From NCBI GenBank assembly GCA_964510165.1, contig CAZEBC010000109.1:1-13399 (forward strand): a DNA stretch of 13,399 bases, read 5' to 3'. The position numbers were made by a program, and so were the translations under genes. The DNA is from an uncultured bacterium. GTDB lineage: Bacteria; Abyssobacteria; SURF-5. Positions 1 to 10,648 of the stretch are shown here, piece by piece. The notes under the pieces are model-generated. The model saw only the letters and a list, made by a program, of their open reading frames with translations. It had not been told where the DNA came from and did no database searches. Each line of letters starts with the position of its first letter. Position 1 is the stretch's first letter.

Positions 1-6
1 TCCCTC

Positions 7-35
7 TTGACATTCCGCCAAATCGTTTGTATAAT
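7..35 (+). promoter_or_regulatory. sigma70-type promoter, perfect consensus
   Basis: TTGACA at 7-12, 17-bp spacer, TATAAT at 30-35; upstream of the Rrf2 gene. Confidence 0.9.
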
Positions 36-44
36 TACCCCAAA

Positions 45-67
45 AGGTGATGTAAATACCCTAAATA
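45..67. promoter_or_regulatory. candidate Rrf2 operator (autoregulatory site)
   Basis: AT-rich imperfect dyad AGGTGATGTAAATACCCTAAATA just downstream of the -10 box; 15/23 identity to 604-626. Rrf2 proteins commonly autorepress via such sites (inference). Confidence 0.35.
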
Positions 68-93
68 AGGTGTCCGCACCTTGGCTTTCTGTC

Positions 94-119
94 GTAGGGG
101 CGGCCCTGGGTGGCCGCCC
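94..119 (+). repeat. GTAG-type REP element
   Basis: GTAGGGGCGGCCCTGGGTGGCCGCCC: GTAG tetranucleotide followed by hairpin GGGCGGCC (98-105)/GGCCGCCC (112-119); related copies at 7060-7111. Confidence 0.75.
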
Positions 120-161
120 GCCACCCCAGGTAGGGACAAGCTCAAACAGGGCCTTCGTTAC

Positions 162-581
162 ATGGATATCTCCAAAGCTTCAGTCACCGCGATTCACGGA
201 CTCGTCTATCTCGCCAACAACGGCAACGGCGGGCCCCTCGACGTGGGCGAGATCGCCCGCGAACTCGGCATTCCCCAAGGCTACCTTGCCAAAATCTTCC
301 AGCAGATATCCAAAGCAAGGCTCGTCTACTCCGTCCGCGGACCACAGGGCGGATACCTTCTTGCCACTGCCCCCGATAACATCAACCTGCTCGATATCGT
401 CGAGGCCATCGATGGCCCCATGGTCACCGGCCGATGCCAACTCGGCCCCGGCAGCCAATGCCCACAGTTCGACCGATGCAAGATACGCAGGCAGCTTGAC
501 TCCATAAGACAGCAAACCCGCGAACTTTACAAGGGCATCACCCTCGACACCTTCAGCAAACAATTCAGGAAAGAGTCATGA
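162..581 (+). CDS. Rrf2 family transcriptional regulator (IscR/NsrR-like, three Cys, probable Fe-S sensor), 139 aa
   Basis: Start reassigned to ATG 162 (MDISKASVTAIHGLVYLA). Winged HTH (EIARELGIPQGYLAKIFQQI), SVRGPQGGYLLA, INLLDIVEAIDG, C-terminal C-x7-C-x5-C. Confidence 0.93.
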   Translation: MDISKASVTAIHGLVYLANNGNGGPLDVGEIARELGIPQGYLAKIFQQISKARLVYSVRGPQGGYLLATAPDNINLLDIVEAIDGPMVTGRCQLGPGSQCPQFDRCKIRRQLDSIRQQTRELYKGITLDTFSKQFRKES

Positions 582-600
582 TAGAATTTTTTTGTCTCGA

Positions 601-626
601 TTTAAGTGATTTAACATCTTAAAATA
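601..626. promoter_or_regulatory. candidate regulator binding site (TTTAAG-N11-CTTAAA dyad)
   Basis: Inverted repeat 601-606/618-623 in an AT-rich patch upstream of the respiratory genes; resembles 45-67. Confidence 0.4.
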
Positions 627-637
627 CGTATTTCCGT

Positions 638-666
638 TTGCGTTTCGGAATGACGGCTAACATAAT
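638..666 (+). promoter_or_regulatory. candidate sigma70 promoter of the respiratory operon
   Basis: TTGCGT (638-643), 17-bp spacer, CATAAT (661-666). Confidence 0.45.
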
Positions 667-694
667 GTAAATGCTTCTTTTACGAAGACGGCTT

Positions 695-740
695 GGATTC
701 CCGCTTTCGCGGGAATGACACAGAAGGGACGGGAATGACA
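695..740 (-). repeat. dRS3/CGTC-type REP-like palindrome plus partial copy
   Basis: GGATTCCCGCTTTCGCGGGAATGAC (695-719) contains ATTCCC-N8-GGGAAT (697-716); GGGAATGACA is repeated at 711-720 and 731-740, with a degenerate copy ending CGGAATGACG at 646-655. Confidence 0.7.
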
Positions 741-834
741 TCTTCCGGCATAGCGGTTTTCTTAGTCAAGTCTCTTCCGCCTGTGGTGGGGATGAAGTTG
801 CGCGCAAGAGAAACTGATAAGGACAATCACTACC

Positions 835-2709
835 ATGCCTGAACGCCGCTTCAACGTCAGGATACCCGACGCCGCCTATTGGCGAAGTCTGATCAATTGC
901 CAGGACGCTTGCCCCGTCCACACCGACGCGCGCGGGTACGTCCGCGCCATCGCCGCCAAGGACTACGAACTGGCCTACCTCATCGCGCGCGGACCCAACC
1001 CGCTCGCCTCAATCTGCGGCCGAATCTGCGGCGCTCCCTGCGAGGTCAACTGCCGCCGTGGCTCGCTTGACCGCCCCATCTCCATTCGCGCGCTTAAAGG
1101 CTTTGTCGCCGAACGCTTCGGCCCCGAAGCCTGGGCCGCCGAAGGCGACTACTTCCGCGAATGGCTCAGCAAGAAGGTCACGCCGCAGCTCTGCCAGAGT
1201 CGAGACGAACTGCTCTGGCTCCTCCACGGCTCAAATAATCTTCAAACCCAAAAAGCAACGGTCGCGATCATCGGCTCAGGGCCGGCCGGCCTGGCATGCG
1301 CTCACGACCTCGCGCTGCTCGGTTTCAAGCCGGTCATCTACGAGATGGAATCCGTGCCCGCCGGAATGCTCTACGTCGGCGTCCCCGAATACAGGCTTCC
1401 GCGAGAGGTCATCCGCGCCGAGGTGTCCGTCATCGAGTCGCTGGGGGTCGATATCCTCTGCGGAATTCAGGTCGGCAAGCACGTGGAGTTCGACACGCTT
1501 CGCGCCGAGCACGCAGCCGTCGTCGTGGCCGTCGGCGCCAAGAAATCCCGAAGCCTGCCAATCCCCGGCGTGCAGGGGCCGGACGTCCTCGGCGGCGTGG
1601 ACTTTCTCCGCGACGTTGCGCTCCGCAATCCCGTCACGCTCGGCAATCGGGTGGTGGTTATCGGTGGTGGAAATGTTGCGTATGACGTGGGACGCACCGT
1701 CCTCCGACAGGCCTATTTCGACATGGCTCGAACCGCAGTCCGGCAGGAAGCGGTCCGCGAAGTGCATCTCTGCTGTCTCGAATCGCTCATGGAAATGCCC
1801 GCCGACGACATCGAAATCCGCGAGGGCGCCGAAGAGGGAATCCTGCTCCACACAAGCCTCGGCCCCAAGGAAATACTTCGCGACCGCGACGGCAAAGTCA
1901 CCGGCGTCGTCTTCCAGAAGGTGTTGCGCGTCTATGACGAAAACAAGCGGTTCGCCCCCCAGTTCGATCCATCCGAGATCACAACCATCGAATGTGACAC
2001 CGTGCTCCTCGCCGTCGGGCAGTCCGCCGACCTCTCGTTCATAGAGCCCGCGCGCGACGGAGTCAAGATAAGCGAACGCGGAATCCCAACCATCAATGCG
2101 GACACGCTTGAAAGCAGCGCCAGCGGCGTATTCTTCGCCGGAGACGTGGCGCACGGGCCGGGCCTCATGATCGGCGCCATCGCCAGCGGCAAGAAGGCCG
2201 CGCGGTCCGTCTTCGAGCACATAACGGGCAGGCGTCTCGACGTCAACCTCCGCGAACTTCATCTCGAACTCACCGGCTACAGGCGCGAGAAGGGATACGA
2301 GCGCATCGCGCGCGTCGAAGTACCCGCAGCCGATCCCGAATCCCGCGTGCGTTCGCATGGCATACCGGTCGAACTCGGCTACTCCGAGCGAATGGCCCTC
2401 AGAGAGTCTTCCCGCTGCCTCGATTGCGGCGTCAACACCATCTTCGATTCGGAAAAATGCGTGCTCTGCGGCGGATGCGCCGACGTGTGCCCAACGCTCT
2501 GTCTCCGTCTGGTCTCTCTCGAAAACATGGAGTTCAACGATGACCTGACAGAGGCGATCAAGGCTCGGCCCTCCGAGAACCCGCATCAACCGCTTTCTGC
2601 CATCATCAAGGATGAGGAAAAATGCATCCGTTGCGCATGTTGCGCCATGCGGTGTCCGACCGGCGCGATTACCATGGAACGCTTCTGCTTTCAGGAGAAA
2701 CCGCTATGA
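835..2709 (+). CDS. FAD-dependent NAD(P)H oxidoreductase, GltD/NfnB/DsrL-like, with C-terminal 2[4Fe-4S] ferredoxin domain, 624 aa
   Basis: CQDACP and CGRICGAPCEVNC (N-terminal Fe-S domain), GSGPAG (FAD), GGGNVAYD (pyridine nucleotide), FFAGD, ESSRCLDCG, CVLCGGCADVCP and CIRCACCAMRCP. No signal peptide or TM segment; AAGGA RBS at 819-823. Confidence 0.92.
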   Translation: MPERRFNVRIPDAAYWRSLINCQDACPVHTDARGYVRAIAAKDYELAYLIARGPNPLASICGRICGAPCEVNCRRGSLDRPISIRALKGFVAERFGPEAWAAEGDYFREWLSKKVTPQLCQSRDELLWLLHGSNNLQTQKATVAIIGSGPAGLACAHDLALLGFKPVIYEMESVPAGMLYVGVPEYRLPREVIRAEVSVIESLGVDILCGIQVGKHVEFDTLRAEHAAVVVAVGAKKSRSLPIPGVQGPDVLGGVDFLRDVALRNPVTLGNRVVVIGGGNVAYDVGRTVLRQAYFDMARTAVRQEAVREVHLCCLESLMEMPADDIEIREGAEEGILLHTSLGPKEILRDRDGKVTGVVFQKVLRVYDENKRFAPQFDPSEITTIECDTVLLAVGQSADLSFIEPARDGVKISERGIPTINADTLESSASGVFFAGDVAHGPGLMIGAIASGKKAARSVFEHITGRRLDVNLRELHLELTGYRREKGYERIARVEVPAADPESRVRSHGIPVELGYSERMALRESSRCLDCGVNTIFDSEKCVLCGGCADVCPTLCLRLVSLENMEFNDDLTEAIKARPSENPHQPLSAIIKDEEKCIRCACCAMRCPTGAITMERFCFQEKPL

Positions 2710-3173
2710 GTGATACGAGGAAACCGGAACCGATCAAACGCCGCGATTTCCTGGGCAGGACCGCGATGCTCACGTGTGGCGCTTCACTCGGACTGGCCGC
2801 CGTCGGAATCGCCAGGCTGCCGTTCCCCGCCGTCATCCCCGGCGAATCGAGCAAGGTGAAAGTCGGCCGCCCCGACGATATCTCCTTCGGCGAGCCGCGC
2901 TGGATAGCCAAGGCGCGCGCATTCCTCTTCCGCGACGGAGACGGCGTGTTCGCCATCTCGGGCGTATGCACGCACCTCGGCTGCATTGTTGCCCGGTCCA
3001 CCAACGGATTCGACTGTCCCTGCCACGGTTCGAGGTTCGGTCCGCTCGGCGAAGTGACAAAAGGGCCGGCGCCGGCGCCGCTTCCCTGGCTTGAAGTCGC
3101 CCTCGCGCCCGACGGCCAACTCGTTGTTGACGTGCAAACTACGGTGCAGCCGGGATTCCGGTTCAAAGTGTAG
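2706..3173 (+). CDS. Rieske [2Fe-2S] subunit of a Rieske/cytochrome b complex, 155 aa
   Basis: Start reassigned to ATG 2706 (ATGA overlap with the upstream stop; AGGAG RBS). Twin-Arg KRRDFLG plus hydrophobic anchor; CTHLGC and CPCHGSRF boxes; GPAPAPL. Confidence 0.95.
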   Translation: MSDTRKPEPIKRRDFLGRTAMLTCGASLGLAAVGIARLPFPAVIPGESSKVKVGRPDDISFGEPRWIAKARAFLFRDGDGVFAISGVCTHLGCIVARSTNGFDCPCHGSRFGPLGEVTKGPAPAPLPWLEVALAPDGQLVVDVQTTVQPGFRFKV

Positions 3174-3182
3174 GGGGGACCA

Positions 3183-4739
3183 GTGAAAGAGTCTGACAAG
3201 GAATCTGCATCCGCGCTCCAAACCTTTATCGCAAATCTTCGAGAGACGCCCGGGCACTTGCGCGACGCTGTCTTTCGGCACGACCGCCCAAACACCGACC
3301 GCACCCGCTCGCAAGCGGTCTTCGCGAACTTCTTCCTCCATATCCATTCCACCCGCATCCATGAGCGCAGCCTGCGCTTTTGGAGCACCTGCGGACTCGG
3401 CGTCGGCGCACTGGCCTGTTTCATAATTCTGACCTTCACCGGCATCTTGCTTATGGTGTATTACAAACCGGCCACTTCACAGGCCTACCAATCAATCAAA
3501 GACATCCATTTCGTGGTTCCCACGGGCCTGTTCATTCGCAATATCCACCGCTGGAGCGCGCATCTTATGGTGCTGCTTGTGTTCCTTCACATGGCCCGCG
3601 TGTTCTACACTAACTCATATAAGAGTCCGCGCGAGTTCAATTGGCTGATAGGCCTGGCACTGCTCGTCGCCACGCTTGGGCTCAGCTTCACAGGCTATCT
3701 TCTGCCCTGGGACCAGTTGGCGTATTGGGCCATCACCATCGGCTCGAATATCGCGCAATCGCCTCGCGAGGTCACCGATGCGCTGGGCATCACCCGATAC
3801 TTCGACCCGGGCGGGTTGCAGAAAAGATTGCTGCTTGGCGCTGACACCGTTGGTCAGGAGGCGCTCACGCGGTTCTATCTGTTGCACGTGATACTGCTTC
3901 CGCTTGTCGCTGCGATCCTTATTGCTGTGCACTTCTGGCGAGTTCGCAAGGACGGGGGCTTGGCGCGGCCGCCCGACGAACCAGGCGAACCTGTCCGTTT
4001 GCTCACCGGCCAGAGTGTATCGTTCGGGCTCGATCCTCGGAAAACTTACGGCCTGATGGCGCTCGTTCGCGGAAAGACGCCCCAAGTGGACCATGGCCCG
4101 GAAAAGACGGTGACCACGTGGCCGAACGCCTTCTATGCGGAACTCGCGGTCTTCATGGCCACGTGCGCGATCTGCCTCGTGCTGGCCTTGCTCGCCGACG
4201 CGCCACTTAAGGAACTCGCCAACCCCAACATTCCCGAAAACCCCGCGAAGGCGCCCTGGTATTTCCTCGGGCTGCAAGAACTGGTTTCATATTCGGCGTT
4301 CATGGGAGGAATCGGAATTCCCACCCTCGTGCTGATCGGGATCGGTCTGATACCGTTTCTTGATCGAGAGCCGGAGGTTGGCGGCGTGTGGTTGTCGGGC
4401 CCGAACCACAAACTGATCGCCGGCCAAAGCGCGCTGTACGCCATGTTCGTAGTGCTTGCCATGCTCATCTTCACGATCAACATGGGCTGGCTCCGCAACT
4501 GGATACCCGATATCCCCCAACTCATCATAATTGTGCTCAATCCGGGCACCATTTTTGTGGCGCTCTTTGCGTGGTGGTCGCTGTTCATCGTGCGGCGGCA
4601 CAACTCAACGCGCGCGGGCGCCATCGCTCTGTTCACATGTTTTCTTGTTGCGTTCACGATCCTCACCTATGTGGCTACGGTCCACCGAGGACCGAACTGG
4701 AACTTCTACTGGAGTCACAGCCAATGGCCGATACACTGA
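3183..4739 (+). CDS. cytochrome b of a Rieske/cytb complex (fused cyt b6 + subunit IV type), 518 aa
   Basis: TGILLMVYYKP, IRNIHRWSAHLMVLLVFLHMARVF (H-x13-H), FTGYLLPWDQLAYWA, RFYLLHVILLP...IAVHF (H-x14-H), Qo-region NPAKAPWYF, C-terminal RGPNW. GTG start after GGGGGA. Confidence 0.94.
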   Translation: MKESDKESASALQTFIANLRETPGHLRDAVFRHDRPNTDRTRSQAVFANFFLHIHSTRIHERSLRFWSTCGLGVGALACFIILTFTGILLMVYYKPATSQAYQSIKDIHFVVPTGLFIRNIHRWSAHLMVLLVFLHMARVFYTNSYKSPREFNWLIGLALLVATLGLSFTGYLLPWDQLAYWAITIGSNIAQSPREVTDALGITRYFDPGGLQKRLLLGADTVGQEALTRFYLLHVILLPLVAAILIAVHFWRVRKDGGLARPPDEPGEPVRLLTGQSVSFGLDPRKTYGLMALVRGKTPQVDHGPEKTVTTWPNAFYAELAVFMATCAICLVLALLADAPLKELANPNIPENPAKAPWYFLGLQELVSYSAFMGGIGIPTLVLIGIGLIPFLDREPEVGGVWLSGPNHKLIAGQSALYAMFVVLAMLIFTINMGWLRNWIPDIPQLIIIVLNPGTIFVALFAWWSLFIVRRHNSTRAGAIALFTCFLVAFTILTYVATVHRGPNWNFYWSHSQWPIH

Positions 4740-7054
4740 ACGAGAGCAACGACAAGCAAGAGCGGCGAGACATCTTCGCGGAGGTACCCGTCCCGACGTT
4801 CGACCCGGTGACGCCGGAGGGCCGCAAAGCGCGCTGGGCGCTTCTCATCACCTCGCTCATAACGCTTGTGTGCCTGCTCGCGGCAATCGTGTCGGAGCAC
4901 TATACCAAACCCTGGAGGATATACCAACGACGCTTTGGCGACGTACTCGCCGCGCAAGCTCGCGCACGCGGCAAGCGCCCGGTCTCCTTTCCCCAGGAGG
5001 TCAAACAAGTCACGGTTCAGGCATTCGATGTGGTGGATAGATGCACGACATGCCACGTCGGTATTGACGACCCATCAATGTTCAATGAAGACCAGCCGTT
5101 CCGCGCGCATCCGAAATGGGCCTTCGACATTCATTCGCCCGACCGGTTCGGGTGCACCACCTGTCACGGAGGCCAGGGACTCGCCACAACCGCCGAGGAC
5201 GCACACGGCTACGTCGAGCACTGGGAAGACCCAATGATCCCAAAAGATTATTACCAGGCCGGCTGCGGCAGTTGTCACACTCACATCAAAGTACATTCCA
5301 GGGAACTGGCTGATTACGGGCTCAGGCTTTTCGAGCGAAACGACTGCTTCGCGTGTCACCGGATCAACGGAAGGGGCCGCGGAAACGGGCCGGACCTCTC
5401 CGCCATCGGAGCAAAGCGCCCGCGAACTGACTGGCACACGCAGCATCTCGCCCTCAAAGAGCAGGTCGCCGATGAACAGTGGCTCCAGAGTTACGGCCCT
5501 CTCGAACAGGATGAAGTGTTTGCCATCAACGCGTTTCTCGACCAGTTGATGCAAGCCCCGCAACTTGTCGAAGCGAAAGCGGTCGTGTACGAGAATGGCT
5601 GTCTGGGATGCCACCGCATAAACGGAGTGGGCGGAGATGATGGACCGGACCTCTCAGGCACGGGGAAGAAGAATCTCGCGCGACTCGATTTCTCGAACGT
5701 CTCGGGAGACCGAAATCTCGCAAACTGGCACAAGGCCCATCTCAAGAACCCCGGCCTCATCGTTCCGAACAGCCAGATGCCGCAGCCCGACCTCGCGGGC
5801 GAGGAACTTGAAGCCGCAACGCTCTACATGCTCTCTCTGCGAGGAGCGGATGTCCCAATGAGTCGGTGGCCGCCCGCCCGCTTCGAGGCCGAGCGGCTGG
5901 GCGTGCGCGATTTTCCGCAGGATGGCAAATCCCTGTTTAAGGCGTTCTGCATTTCCTGTCACGGCGAGGACGGGATGGGAACCAGATTCGGCATATCGCC
6001 GCAGGCGTTCCCCGCCGTTGCGCATCCTGAATTTCTTGAGGTCGCCTCCGACCGCTTCATTCGCGAAAATCTGTTTCAGGGGCGGCCGGGGCGCCGCATG
6101 CCCTCGTGGGGCACAAAGGAAGCCGGGCTGAAATCTTCGGAGATCGAGGCATTGGCTCGTTATCTTCGGTCGTTCGAGCCGTCTGCGCCCGAATGGATAG
6201 CGGTATCGAACGCGACGCCCGACAAAGAGCTTGGCGGGCGCTTATATCGAGAAAACTGCGCGATGTGTCACGGAGCCAGCGGCGAAGGCGCAATCGGGCC
6301 CGCCCTTTCAAATCCCGTCTTCCTCGCGACAGTCGAACCGAAATACATTCACACAATGATAGCCGAAGGGCGCGAGGAAACCGCGATGGGCAGCCAGGCC
6401 ACGCTCGACGCTCATGAGATGGCCTCGATCATCGCGCACGTCTTGAATTGGCGACAAGGCAAAACTATGCCACTCCCTGAGTTGCCCGAGCCGGGGCCGC
6501 TTCACTTGGGGGAGGCGGTTTTTTCAGCGTCCTGCTCGCCGTGCCATGGGGCAAGGGGCCAAGGGAATCTTTCGGCAAATCTTGTAAGTCCGGCCTTCCT
6601 GGAAGCAGCGTCAGACGGGTTCATGGCCGCCGCAGTCAAGTATGGCCGCTGCGCGCCGCCGGAAAGCGCACCGCCTGGGGTTTCCGCTCCGGAAGTGACC
6701 GACCAACAACTTGCCGATGCCATCCATTACATCCGCGAGCGTCTTGGACCGGGAATCAAGCAGCCGCCTGGCCGGCTCGCAAGTGGAGACACGGCAAATG
6801 GGCGAGAGCTGTTCAGCGAGATGTGCGCAGGCTGTCATGGCGCTGATGGCCGCGGCGGAGGTTCGCCGGAACTCACCAATTTGGCGCTGCTCGCGAGCGC
6901 GACCGATGGCTACTTGCAGGCCTCGATCCTTCGCGGGCGCCCGTCGGCGGGCATGCCTGCGTTCGGCAAAGATAGCATCACGTACAGAAAGCTCACGGCA
7001 GAAGAGGTGAGCGATATCGTGAAATACCTAAGGTCATTCGAGTCTGGGTCGTGA
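4724..7054 (+). CDS. membrane-anchored multiheme cytochrome c (9 CxxCH), 776 aa
   Basis: Start reassigned to ATG 4724 (GGAG at 4711-4714). One N-terminal TM helix (WALLITSLITLVCLLAAIVS); motifs CTTCH, CTTCH, CGSCH, CFACH, CLGCH, CISCH, CAMCH, CSPCH, CAGCH. Confidence 0.93.
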   Translation: MADTLNESNDKQERRDIFAEVPVPTFDPVTPEGRKARWALLITSLITLVCLLAAIVSEHYTKPWRIYQRRFGDVLAAQARARGKRPVSFPQEVKQVTVQAFDVVDRCTTCHVGIDDPSMFNEDQPFRAHPKWAFDIHSPDRFGCTTCHGGQGLATTAEDAHGYVEHWEDPMIPKDYYQAGCGSCHTHIKVHSRELADYGLRLFERNDCFACHRINGRGRGNGPDLSAIGAKRPRTDWHTQHLALKEQVADEQWLQSYGPLEQDEVFAINAFLDQLMQAPQLVEAKAVVYENGCLGCHRINGVGGDDGPDLSGTGKKNLARLDFSNVSGDRNLANWHKAHLKNPGLIVPNSQMPQPDLAGEELEAATLYMLSLRGADVPMSRWPPARFEAERLGVRDFPQDGKSLFKAFCISCHGEDGMGTRFGISPQAFPAVAHPEFLEVASDRFIRENLFQGRPGRRMPSWGTKEAGLKSSEIEALARYLRSFEPSAPEWIAVSNATPDKELGGRLYRENCAMCHGASGEGAIGPALSNPVFLATVEPKYIHTMIAEGREETAMGSQATLDAHEMASIIAHVLNWRQGKTMPLPELPEPGPLHLGEAVFSASCSPCHGARGQGNLSANLVSPAFLEAASDGFMAAAVKYGRCAPPESAPPGVSAPEVTDQQLADAIHYIRERLGPGIKQPPGRLASGDTANGRELFSEMCAGCHGADGRGGGSPELTNLALLASATDGYLQASILRGRPSAGMPAFGKDSITYRKLTAEEVSDIVKYLRSFESGS

Positions 7055-7059
7055 CCATC

Positions 7060-7111
7060 GTAGGGGGGCCCCTATGTGAGCGCCCGTGCGGCCACACAGG
7101 ACCGCTCCTAC
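7060..7111. repeat. inverted pair of GTAG-type REP elements (REPIN-like doublet)
   Basis: 7060-7085 GTAGGGGGGCCCCTATGTGAGCGCCC matches the 94-119 copy at 20/26; the reverse complement of 7086-7111, GTAGGAGCGGTCCTGTGTGGCCGCAC, matches at 22/26. Confidence 0.75.
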
Positions 7112-7171
7112 GACGAATGGCGCAACACGTTAGACAATTTGCAGAACCTTGACCGGTCCAGGAGGGACACC

Positions 7172-10647
<3,476 letters not shown>

Positions 10648-10648
<1 letters not shown>

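Noticed and set aside
81-161. N-terminal extension of the Rrf2 ORF from TTG 81
   Set aside because: It translates a REP element; Rrf2 homology begins at Met 162.
1276-2589. Long antisense and alternate-frame ORFs (1276-2589, 1058-2044, 2669-3445, 10906-12078 and others)
   Set aside because: Shadow ORFs of GC-rich genes, overlapping well-supported CDSs and lacking motifs.
2622-2705. Longer Rieske ORF start
   Set aside because: It overlaps the ferredoxin domain of the upstream gene; ATG 2706 has an RBS and ATGA coupling and puts the Tat motif near the N-terminus.
835-2709. Calling this gene gltD or dsrL
   Set aside because: No gltB or dsr genes in the window; it is coupled to a Rieske gene, so only the fold is shared.
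4388-4723. 888-aa version of the cytochrome c
   Set aside because: The extension overlaps the cyt b TM region in another frame and has no recognisable features; ATG 4724 has an RBS.
7076-7171. GTG 7076 start for the alpha subunit
   Set aside because: It lies inside the REP doublet; ATG 7172 has AGGAGG and correct Tat spacing.
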